From a virus: a stretch of DNA of 36,221 bases. The stretch is taken from IMG/VR virus record IMGVR_UViG_3300029775_000009, positions 1-36,221 of that record. One strand, written 5' to 3'. Both the position numbers and the translations under genes were made by a program. Positions 14,574-22,178 of this stretch are shown piece after piece. The notes under the pieces are model-generated. The model searched no databases. It was not told where the DNA came from and saw only the letters and a list, made by a program, of their open reading frames with translations. Every line of letters begins with the position of its first letter. The stretch's first letter is position 1.

Positions 14574-14846
14574 TCAAATCGCGCGTTTCATCGTCAAGAA
14601 CAACAATATTATCATGCTCATCTCGGACCTGCACGTTATGTGTGGGTTCTTTTTTTGCTCGTTTCCAAGAAGATAATCAAGCGTCACTCCGAGATAGTTG
14701 GCTATCTTCTGTAGCTTTTCTGTTTTGGGAACGCTACGCCCTCTTTTCCAGTCGCTTAAAGTGCTTTGTGGAACCCCAGTTTCTTTGGATACTCGGTAGG
14801 GAGTAATTTTTCTTTTTTTTAAAAGTTGCTCAAATATTTCATACAT
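14574..14846 (-). CDS. XRE-family CI-like repressor (as read: 90 aa; apparently frameshifted at an A7 run, see findings)
   Basis: I start it at ATG 14846 (MYEIFEQLLKKRKITPYRVSKETGVPQSTLSDWKRGRSVPKTEKLQKIANYLGVTLDYLLGNEQKK..). It has a classic XRE HTH and is divergent from the early promoter at 14892. Confidence 0.7.
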   Translation of the reverse strand: MYEIFEQLLKKRKITPYRVSKETGVPQSTLSDWKRGRSVPKTEKLQKIANYLGVTLDYLLGNEQKKNPHITCRSEMSMIILLFLTMKRAI

Positions 14847-14891
14847 TTTTAGTACACCTTTCACGAATCGGAAAATACTTAGCAAATGCTA

Positions 14892-14920
14892 TTGACTATT
14901 AAGCAAAAGCGAAGTATAGT
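14892..14920 (+). promoter_or_regulatory. Early rightward promoter
   Basis: TTGACT (14892-14897), a 17-nt spacer, then TATAGT (14915-14920). The spacer ATTAAGCAAAAGCGAAG resembles the spacer of the 13299 promoter. Confidence 0.6.
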
Positions 14921-15060
14921 ATATGCATACACAACAAATGCGAGTCAATCCGCATTTGGTATGCTCCGGCTTTCCTATTTATTTTACTCAACAAATGAAT
15001 TACATAGCAAAACCGAAGTAAACACAAGTATAACAATATACAAAGAAAGGAGCTGACATC

Positions 15061-15225
15061 ATGTCAGAATTGTATACTTGCGCCCAAGTTGCCGACAGAT
15101 ACCACGTTAAAACGTTAACCGTGTGGGATTGGATTCGCAAGCACAAGCTTCACGCCAAGAAGATTGGCAAGCAGTACCTTATCAGCAACGAGGACATAAA
15201 GGACTTTGAAAAGGAGGCTACATAA
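15061..15225 (+). CDS. Excisionase/MerR-type HTH protein (54 aa, not in the ORF track), Cro position
   Basis: My translation is MSELYTCAQVADRYHVKTLTVWDWIRKHKLHAKKIGKQYLISNEDIKDFEKEAT*. RBS AAGGAG at 15047-15052. Confidence 0.65.
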   Translation: MSELYTCAQVADRYHVKTLTVWDWIRKHKLHAKKIGKQYLISNEDIKDFEKEAT

Positions 15226-15402
15226 TGAGCAACGTCAAAATTAATGGCCTTGTCACAGTCACCAATATGCAGTTTTATGGCATTGAGGGCGGATTTGGCA
15301 AGGGGGGGAACTAACTTGTCTATCGTATCAGTAGGAGGCATCGCAATACTCCTGGTAATGGTGATTTACACATTTTGGGTGTGGGGAGATGATAACAAAT
15401 GA
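15225..15402 (+). pseudogene. Small ORF interrupted at a G7 run; restored frame encodes a 58-aa single-TM protein
   Basis: As read: MSNVKINGLVTVTNMQFYGIEGGFGKGGN* (stop at 15312-15314). With one G fewer at 15302-15308 the frame continues TNLSIVSVGGIAILLVMVIYTFWVWGDDNK*. That stop (15400-15402) overlaps the ATG of the next gene (ATGA). Confidence 0.35.
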
Positions 15403-15680
15403 TATTTACACATGATGACGTTAAGCAATTTCTTAACAGCTTAACAGACGATGACCTGCTAGCCTTACGTAGCAGATTTAAAGAAATTTTGTCACCACCA
15501 CCTGCAAACACCTACACGGTAGATGACCTGGCAACCAGCCTGCACTTTTCACGTGATACAATAATCAATCGTATCCGCAAAGGAGACTTTGGGGATGTCA
15601 TCCGTGACGGAAGGCGCTATCGGGTGACTGAGAAGGGCCTACAGCAGTACATAAGCAAGTACAATAGGCCTAGCCTTTAG
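15399..15680 (+). CDS. Excisionase-type HTH DNA-binding protein
   Basis: 93 aa. YTVDDLATSLHFSRDTIINRIRKGDFGDVIRDGRRYRV fits the excisionase-family HTH. Confidence 0.55.
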   Translation: MIFTHDDVKQFLNSLTDDDLLALRSRFKEILSPPPANTYTVDDLATSLHFSRDTIINRIRKGDFGDVIRDGRRYRVTEKGLQQYISKYNRPSL

Positions 15681-15749
15681 CAAAAAGCAGCCGACACAGC
15701 GGCACCGGGCGCATACGAATCCTGGGAGAATCTGAGAGGAGATAATACA

Positions 15750-15929
15750 ATGCTAGTCTTTTGGGGCCATGTTTACGCGGCTGTATTGGCCGGTATGGCG
15801 ACCGTTGCTGCGGCAGAGGAATCTGCAAGCAAGCATGCACATCAGCGCAAAGCACAGGCAGTGGCAGCGCGACAGGAACGAATAGAGCGCAATCGGGAAG
15901 ATATGAAGTTTGGCAGGTGGTATGAATGA
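15750..15929 (+). CDS. Small hypothetical protein (59 aa, not in the ORF track)
   Basis: RBS GAGAGGAG. MLVFWGHVYAAVLAGMATVAAAEESASKHAHQRKAQAVAARQERIERNREDMKFGRWYE*. The stop overlaps the next ATG. Confidence 0.45.
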   Translation: MLVFWGHVYAAVLAGMATVAAAEESASKHAHQRKAQAVAARQERIERNREDMKFGRWYE

Positions 15930-16090
15930 AAATCGCAGTAGTAGCGGTGATATCAATAGCAGCAATGTACATAATCATTCGGCTGTCGGTAGGGGCATAC
16001 ATTATCGGAAACCGCAAGCGGCATCCGGTCCGGCACGGTGTCAGCAGTAAACAGTCCGTGATTGAAACTATGGAGGAGGAAAACACATGA
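15926..16090 (+). CDS. Small membrane protein (54 aa, not in the ORF track)
   Basis: MKIAVVAVISIAAMYIIIRLSVGAYIIGNRKRHPVRHGVSSKQSVIETMEEENT*. It has ATGA overlaps at both ends (15926-15929 and 16087-16090). Confidence 0.45.
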   Translation: MKIAVVAVISIAAMYIIIRLSVGAYIIGNRKRHPVRHGVSSKQSVIETMEEENT

Positions 16091-16530
16091 TAGACGAATC
16101 AGCTCATAAAGTATTTGATTACGGTATGGAGGATTGGCATGATTTCAGTACACATAAATGCTCGCACTGCAGCAGACAGCTTGATATATATTACTGCGAA
16201 AGCAGACTGTATCTTGTGCGTTGTAAGCACTGCAAAATTGTTTCACTCGTAGAAGCTGGAAACCCAAATGAAGCAGCCGAAAAAGTAAGCCGCCGCTCCG
16301 CCCCGGAAAACAAGCCGCTGACGCTGAAAGAACTACCGTGTTTCGAGCCAATATATGTTGTCCCACTTGGATCGTCGGTTGGTGAATGGTCAGCACACTG
16401 GTGCATTTATCAAATCGACAACGCAACGGCTAAATCTGATACGCATAAAGGCAGAATGTGGTTCTTGTACGATACCGATTACAGCAAAACGTGGCTTGCC
16501 TATCGCCGCCCGCCGGAAGGGGGAAAATAA
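16087..16530 (+). CDS. Hypothetical protein with a CxxC...CxxC zinc ribbon
   Basis: 147-aa ORF with CSHCSRQLDIYYCESRLYLVRCKHCK. It is translationally coupled to the upstream gene. Confidence 0.55.
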   Translation: MIDESAHKVFDYGMEDWHDFSTHKCSHCSRQLDIYYCESRLYLVRCKHCKIVSLVEAGNPNEAAEKVSRRSAPENKPLTLKELPCFEPIYVVPLGSSVGEWSAHWCIYQIDNATAKSDTHKGRMWFLYDTDYSKTWLAYRRPPEGGK

Positions 16531-16594
16531 TGACCGCGCCGGACATCTGTTACATTTGTCACGGCTTTCAACAAATGAATAGGAGGAAAAGAAA

Positions 16595-16939
16595 ATGATT
16601 AATTTTATCAAGAAATCAAGTTCTGGAGGGCACAATACCGCAGATGTAGTACTTACGCAGGTGAATCATAAAGGGCATGCGGTCGCACTTGGGGTTAATA
16701 TATCCTGCAAAGTACTTACAGCGTTAGACAATCCCACACATATCAGCATTGCGTTTTGTGATAACCGCTTGTACATTGCTCCAATGCCGCCAAAAGACGG
16801 ATTTAAACTTGAAAAGGGAAAGTATAGGTCAGCATGTAAGATTTCGGTTAGGGACCACAAAAGCATTAGCAACTGGATTGGAGACTACAATCTCAAATAC
16901 GATCCTCGGCAGAGACTGTATTATGTTGAACGTCATTGA
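16595..16939 (+). CDS. Hypothetical protein
   Basis: 114-aa ORF with RBS AGGAGGAAAAG. Confidence 0.5.
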   Translation: MINFIKKSSSGGHNTADVVLTQVNHKGHAVALGVNISCKVLTALDNPTHISIAFCDNRLYIAPMPPKDGFKLEKGKYRSACKISVRDHKSISNWIGDYNLKYDPRQRLYYVERH

Positions 16940-16974
16940 ACGTCATTGAACATCAGTAAAGAAGGGATAAAATA

Positions 16975-17607
16975 ATGACCGCACCTGATAACAGTGGCAA
17001 GATAATCCTTGACCTTTGCGGCGGGACAGGGTCATGGAGCCGCCCATACAAAGAAGCCGGATATGACGTGCGGCTGATTACGCTACCGGATTATGACGTC
17101 CTTACATATGAGCCGCCGAAAAATGTGTATGGAATTTTAGCTGCACCACCATGCACAGAATTTAGTGTATTAAACTGCAAGGCAGAAAATAGAGAGCGGA
17201 ATTTTGACATAGGCTTATCTATTGTAGTGCCATGCCTGCGGATTATCGCAATGTGCCATCCCAAATGGTGGGCGCTCGAAAACCCGGTGGGGCATTTGAT
17301 GGACTATATGGGAAAACCACAATTAATTTTTCAGCCTTGGGAATATGGCGACCCGTGGACGAAACGCACGGCTCTATGGGGCAGGTTTGTACCACCCAAA
17401 AAGCTATACAGCAGCTGGGATGACGTACCAAACAAACTGCCGCTGTACACGCGGCCCGGACGTGGCAAGCCCAATTTTGCATATCTGCACAAATCCGCAC
17501 AAGCACTTATCCCACAGCTTGCATGGGCACATCCACAGACCGATGCAGATTTCAGAGCCATTACCCCGCCCAGTTTTGCAGAAGCATTTTGGAGGGCTAA
17601 CAAATGA
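16975..17607 (+). CDS. Short DNA (cytosine-5)-methyltransferase-like protein
   Basis: Motif I-like ILDLCGGTGSWS, motif IV-like AAPPCTEFS (catalytic PC) and motif VI-like WALENPVG. It is only 210 aa, and no cognate restriction gene is present. Confidence 0.6.
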   Translation: MTAPDNSGKIILDLCGGTGSWSRPYKEAGYDVRLITLPDYDVLTYEPPKNVYGILAAPPCTEFSVLNCKAENRERNFDIGLSIVVPCLRIIAMCHPKWWALENPVGHLMDYMGKPQLIFQPWEYGDPWTKRTALWGRFVPPKKLYSSWDDVPNKLPLYTRPGRGKPNFAYLHKSAQALIPQLAWAHPQTDADFRAITPPSFAEAFWRANK

Positions 17608-17789
17608 TTATATCGGACAGTCCCTGTCACCTCTGCCAGCAGCGCACACTTGGCTGCCACAGCAAGTGCGCGCAGTACATAGCATTTGCGCGGTACCGGC
17701 AGGCAGAGGCGGCAGAGAGGCACCATGCAGTAATGCAAAAAGTGTACGACCATGACAGATACTACAGAATTTTAAGGAGATGTAGATAA
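17604..17789 (+). CDS. Small Cys-rich hypothetical protein
   Basis: 61 aa with CHLCQQRTLGCHSKC. ATGA overlap with the methyltransferase gene. Confidence 0.45.
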   Translation: MIISDSPCHLCQQRTLGCHSKCAQYIAFARYRQAEAAERHHAVMQKVYDHDRYYRILRRCR

Positions 17790-18037
17790 TGGAAAACATT
17801 AAGTTTGTCGACAGTTCGCTGAATCATGAGCAGGAGACATTCCGCCGCATTATGCTGCTCCACCCGTGCGACACCTGCACGCGGGTATCTGCTTATTCAC
17901 CGTCCCATCGGTACCATTGCTATGAGTACTGCCCCGCATTTAAATCCTGGGCGCGCACGTCATGGTACTGGATATCCCGGCGCATAAAAAAATCCGCTGC
18001 AGAGGGCACAACCTCCACAGCGGCAGAAACAAAATAA
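17789..18037 (+). CDS. Small Cys-rich hypothetical protein
   Basis: 82 aa, coupled to the upstream stop (TAATG). Confidence 0.45.
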   Translation: MENIKFVDSSLNHEQETFRRIMLLHPCDTCTRVSAYSPSHRYHCYEYCPAFKSWARTSWYWISRRIKKSAAEGTTSTAAETK

Positions 18038-18076
18038 ATCTATCTACATATTACCCACTTAGGAGGTAAATGTCAA

Positions 18077-18265
18077 ATGAACTACGTAAATGAACTGTGC
18101 AATCTGCACGATTATATCGAGGGACGCTTTGAAAACGCTGAATTTATCAGTGCAGAAACACCTGAAGATTATTTCAGCGAAAAAGTTTCTATTCACTTTA
18201 AATCAAACGGCCGCCAGTACAAATATGCTCTGACAGACGAAACCCAGGAGGAAGAAACGAAATGA
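18077..18265 (+). CDS. Hypothetical protein
   Basis: 62 aa with RBS AGGAGG. ATGA overlap with the next gene. Confidence 0.45.
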   Translation: MNYVNELCNLHDYIEGRFENAEFISAETPEDYFSEKVSIHFKSNGRQYKYALTDETQEEETK

Positions 18266-18768
18266 ATACATTATATGAGTTGACCGGGCAATACATAGAG
18301 CTGCTCTCTGCTATTGAATCCGGGGACATTCCAGAGGAAGCCATTTCTGATACTCTCGAGGGCATGACCGGGGAAATTACCGAAAAAATAGACAACTGCG
18401 CCTGCATTGTAAAACAGCTAGATAGCGAAGCTGCGGCAATCAAGGTGGAAAAAGATGCACTGGCGGAACGTCAAAAGGTTAAAGAGCACCAGCGTGACCG
18501 GTTGAAAGATTATATAAGGCAGGCTATGCAGCTAGCTGGAAAGAAAAAAGTTGAGACATCCAGAAACTGCGTAAGCGTTGGAAAAGCACAACCCAAAGCA
18601 GTCATTACAAACCTTGATGCGCTGAAAAGCCGCAATGACATTTGGAAGCCATATGATTACAGAGAAACGAATGTGGACAAGACTAGCCTTAAAACACTGC
18701 TACAAGCCGGTGAACAGATTCCGGGCGCTACTTTGCAGGATGGAGCGCCGCGGCTGATGATTAGGTGA
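18262..18768 (+). CDS. Siphovirus Gp157-like protein
   Basis: The N-terminus MNTLYELTGQYIELLSAIESGDIPEEAISDTLEG and a central coiled coil are typical of Sipho_Gp157. It sits upstream of a Sak4-like ATPase and a DUF669 gene, the usual three-gene module. Confidence 0.65.
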   Translation: MNTLYELTGQYIELLSAIESGDIPEEAISDTLEGMTGEITEKIDNCACIVKQLDSEAAAIKVEKDALAERQKVKEHQRDRLKDYIRQAMQLAGKKKVETSRNCVSVGKAQPKAVITNLDALKSRNDIWKPYDYRETNVDKTSLKTLLQAGEQIPGATLQDGAPRLMIR

Positions 18769-18781
18769 GGAGGAAAAATAA

Positions 18782-19423
18782 ATGGGCATATCCGTTTTAA
18801 TTCTCGGAGATTCCGGCAGTGGAAAGACCACTTCCCTGCGAAACTTTCAGCCGGGCGAAGTTGCAATTATCAACGTTGCTAAAAAGCCACTGCCTTTCCG
18901 TACACAGCTTAAATCATACAATACAAATGATTATAATGCTGCAAAAAGCGCCATTTCCGCGGCGTCAAAGCACGGAATCAAGTCTATTGTGTTGGACGAT
19001 ATACAGTACCTTATGACAGATGAATTTATGCGCCGGTCGTCAGAAATTGGGTACGGAAAATTCACAGACATGGCAGCCAACTATAGCAGCCTATTTGACC
19101 TTGCGCCACAGCTCCCAGAAGATTGCATTTTGTATCTGATGAGTCATATTGAGCGCGATGAGTCAGGACATGAAACGCCTCGCACGGTTGGCAAACTGGT
19201 ACACGAAAAACTATGTGTCGAAGGTAAGACGTCAATCACGCTACATACCTATGTGGAATCGGGCAAGTATTATTTTCGCACGCACAGCAGCGGCGAGGGA
19301 GACATCACAAAGTCGCCGCTGGAAATGTTTGAAAGTGATTTGATTGACAACGATTTGAAAGCCGTGGATGCAGTAATCCGCGAATATTACAATTTTGGAG
19401 GTACTAATAATGCAGAAGTATAA
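18782..19423 (+). CDS. AAA/RecA-like ATPase (Sak4-like recombination protein)
   Basis: Walker A ILGDSGSGKT and Walker B SIVLDD, in the expected module context. Confidence 0.7.
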   Translation: MGISVLILGDSGSGKTTSLRNFQPGEVAIINVAKKPLPFRTQLKSYNTNDYNAAKSAISAASKHGIKSIVLDDIQYLMTDEFMRRSSEIGYGKFTDMAANYSSLFDLAPQLPEDCILYLMSHIERDESGHETPRTVGKLVHEKLCVEGKTSITLHTYVESGKYYFRTHSSGEGDITKSPLEMFESDLIDNDLKAVDAVIREYYNFGGTNNAEV

Positions 19424-19997
19424 CGATTGGGACAAAATACAGGCGGCATCCGGAGAAACGCAGGCGCTCCCGGCAGGCAACTACATTTGCAAAATTAAGG
19501 GTGCAAAAATAGTTACATATGATGGGAAAAATGGAAAGTTTGACAAGCTGGAAATCAGTGTTGATATTGATGAGGGTGAATTTAAGGGCTTTTATGCTAA
19601 TGATTATCGTAGTCAAGCACAATGGGGGGACCAAAAGTGGAAAGGCTGCCTGCGCCCCTACTGCCCAACCAACGAGGATTCTGACCAAGCACGCCGCACA
19701 GCCGCTATCTTTAAAGGAATTATTGAAGCTATTGAATCTAGTAATCCAGGTTACAAATGGAACTGGGATGAAGGAACATTAAAAGGAAAGAAAGTTGGTG
19801 TGCGGTTCCGCAATACAGAATGGGCATACAACGGCCGCACAGGCTGGAAATCACAGCCTTACAGGTTCGTTCCGGTAAAAGGCATTGAAGAGTTAGACAT
19901 CCCGAAGGACAAGCCTCTGGCAGTTAATGACAAGCCACAGACGCAGCAGCAGGAAGATTTTCAGACGCTCCCTGACGAGGGCGACCTACCGTTCTAA
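19410..19997 (+). CDS. DUF669-like protein (ssDNA-binding candidate)
   Basis: I start it at ATG 19410 (GGAGG at 19397-19401, 8-nt spacing). MQKYNDWDKIQAASGETQALPAGNYICKIKGAKIV resembles DUF669 N-termini, and the C-terminus is acidic. Confidence 0.6.
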   Translation: MQKYNDWDKIQAASGETQALPAGNYICKIKGAKIVTYDGKNGKFDKLEISVDIDEGEFKGFYANDYRSQAQWGDQKWKGCLRPYCPTNEDSDQARRTAAIFKGIIEAIESSNPGYKWNWDEGTLKGKKVGVRFRNTEWAYNGRTGWKSQPYRFVPVKGIEELDIPKDKPLAVNDKPQTQQQEDFQTLPDEGDLPF

Positions 19998-20053
19998 GCA
20001 GCAATTTTGAGCCGGGTGGGTGGGTTGGTACAGGCTTAAAAATGAGGTAGAAT

Positions 20054-21913
20054 ATGGAATTCAACTATAAAGCAGAAGACTTTGACACCCCAGCACCTTA
20101 TGAAAAAGTTTTGAGTATCGATTCTGACTTTGAACGAAGTATAGCATATAACAAACTTGCTAAAAATGCCAATGCAGTTGGAGTAAAAAGATTCAATAAA
20201 CTTTGGAATTCGTTTGTTAAGGAATCAAAGCCCAAAAACCAATCAAAAGTAATTGATATGTGTGAAAAAACAAATTTCTCCGGGCAGCCAATAGAATTGC
20301 GCTCTGGAGTTTGGAAAGCAACAGATGATGGAATATATAAAGACGGTCAAAACGGCGAATCAATTGTAGCTTCTGCCTGCCCTATTACGATTACAAAAAT
20401 AGTCACCGATATTGATACCGGGGAGCAGAAAGTCGAACTTGCTTATTCAAAATGTCACAGATGGCAACGCAGGATAGTTCCAAAATCAGTAATTGCAAAC
20501 GCACGAAAGATAGTTGATTTAGTTGCATTTGGAATTTCTGTCACATCTGAAACAGCAAAAAATCTAGTAGACTATTTGTTTAATCTGGAAAACTTAAACA
20601 TGGACTTAATACCAGAAGTTGAGTCTGTTAGTCGGCTTGGGATGATACCTGATGTAGGCTTCTCGCCTTACATACCGGACGTAGTTTTTGGCGGTGACGA
20701 CGCCTACAAAGGCGCTTATAGTGCCGTTGAAACTCACGGAAACCCTGATAACTGGATAAAACTGATGCAAGGACTGCGCGGCACAAACGTAGAGTTGCGC
20801 ATTACAATTGCAGCGGCGTTTGCTAGCGTACTGGTATCTCCCTTACATATCAATCCATTTTTTGTGCACATTTGGTCAGGCGAGTCCGGCAGTGGTAAGA
20901 CGGTTGCACTCATGTGTGCAGCGTCGGTTTGGGGCAATCCGGATTGGCAAGGCCACGCTTACATACAAACGTTCAATGCTACTCAGGTAGGCTTGGAACG
21001 TTCAGCGGCGTTTTTTAACCACTGCCCCTACATGATTGACGAGTTGCAATTACTCAAAGACTCCCACGGACGCAACAAATTTGACATCGTATATCTGCTA
21101 TCAGAGGGGCGCGGCCGGACGCGGGGGAACAAATTGGGTGGCATTGACATTACGCCAACCTGGGCAAATTGCATTATCACGACTGGTGAGACTCCGCTCA
21201 CAACGTCCAGCAGCGGCGCAGGCGCGATTAACCGCGTTATCAGCATCGAGTGTTCGCCCGACCATCCGATTATTATAAATGGCAATGAACTGGTAAATCT
21301 GCTGCATAAAAGTTATGGACACGCTGGCAAGATGTTTGTTGACAGGCTGTACAGCGGCATTAATATTGACGTTGCACAGCGCGTATACGGAGACTTTTTT
21401 AAGCAGCTGTCAGAGGGCGAATCAACGGAAAAACAGGCCATGGCGGCTGCCTGCGTGCTTACAGCGGATAAGCTGGCTACGGACTGGATTTTTCAGGACG
21501 GGCAAGCGTTGACCGCGGCTGAAATCGCTCAATTTCTGGCAACAAAGGATGAAGTGAATGTTGGTAAGCGCGGATATGAATACATTTGCGATTGGGTAGC
21601 GCAGAATGCAAACAAAATGCGCATGCATCCAGATGGAGATTATAACGACGTTTACGGCGTTATTGAGGGCGACACAGCGTATATCATTTCATCCATTTTT
21701 GATAAAATATGCAGAAATGAGGGGTATGACCCGAAGCCGATTAAGGCGTGGATGAAGAAAAATGGCAAGATGAAGTTGCAAGAAAACGACGCTTCTCGTC
21801 GCTACACGGTTCAAAAGAAAGTAAATGGCTTGTCAAAAGTCAGATGTGTGGCAGTTATCATGGACAGCTTTGACGATGATTTAGCAAAAGAGGACTTGCC
21901 TTTTGATAACTAA
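20054..21913 (+). CDS. Replication initiator/helicase candidate (SF3-type P-loop ATPase, DUF927/primase-helicase-like)
   Basis: 619 aa with Walker A WSGESGSGKT and Walker B YMIDELQ. It lies immediately upstream of the iteron/AT-rich region. Confidence 0.5.
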   Translation: MEFNYKAEDFDTPAPYEKVLSIDSDFERSIAYNKLAKNANAVGVKRFNKLWNSFVKESKPKNQSKVIDMCEKTNFSGQPIELRSGVWKATDDGIYKDGQNGESIVASACPITITKIVTDIDTGEQKVELAYSKCHRWQRRIVPKSVIANARKIVDLVAFGISVTSETAKNLVDYLFNLENLNMDLIPEVESVSRLGMIPDVGFSPYIPDVVFGGDDAYKGAYSAVETHGNPDNWIKLMQGLRGTNVELRITIAAAFASVLVSPLHINPFFVHIWSGESGSGKTVALMCAASVWGNPDWQGHAYIQTFNATQVGLERSAAFFNHCPYMIDELQLLKDSHGRNKFDIVYLLSEGRGRTRGNKLGGIDITPTWANCIITTGETPLTTSSSGAGAINRVISIECSPDHPIIINGNELVNLLHKSYGHAGKMFVDRLYSGINIDVAQRVYGDFFKQLSEGESTEKQAMAAACVLTADKLATDWIFQDGQALTAAEIAQFLATKDEVNVGKRGYEYICDWVAQNANKMRMHPDGDYNDVYGVIEGDTAYIISSIFDKICRNEGYDPKPIKAWMKKNGKMKLQENDASRRYTVQKKVNGLSKVRCVAVIMDSFDDDLAKEDLPFDN

Positions 21914-21932
21914 AATTTCTTATTAGAATTAT

Positions 21933-22083
21933 AATCCCCACAATCCCCACAATCCCCACTGTTTCCGCAATACATACGTGCTATTTATAAGAGATATTTT
22001 TCTAAAATATTTTTCTAAAATATTTCAAAAAATATTTTTCCCTTATAGAGTTTTGGGGAGATTATGTGGGGATTGTGGGGATT
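21933..22083. repeat. Iteron cluster flanking an AT-rich repeat block: candidate replication origin
   Basis: AATCCCCAC occurs three times in perfect tandem (21933-21959). The inverted GTGGGGATT occurs twice in tandem (22066-22083), with degenerate copies at about 22053 and 22151. Between them lies ATATTTTTCTAAA twice (21994-22019) plus more A/T tracts. Confidence 0.6.
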
Positions 22084-22178
22084 TGGCTAAAAAGTCGCAT
22101 AGTAGTGCGGGTTTCAGCGTCCCCACCTATGTGGGTATGCAGTGGAAACAGTGGGGATACACGAAGGAGGTTTATATT

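Noticed and set aside
14417-14806. Plus-strand 129-aa ORF.
   Set aside because: It is antisense to the XRE repressor gene and its terminator. It has no RBS, and its translation is not protein-like.
21933-22083. Possible CRISPR array (a guide source for the Cas-like cassette).
   Set aside because: The repeat unit is only 9 bp, the copies are contiguous without spacers, and inverted copies are present. This is iteron-like, not CRISPR-like. No other repeat-spacer structure was seen anywhere in the window.
21978-22178. 5' extension of the helicase ORF (track start 21978).
   Set aside because: It reads through the AT-rich repeats and iterons (..FLKYFSKIFQKIFF..). A GGAGG followed by TTG at 22179 gives a sensible start just before helicase motif I.
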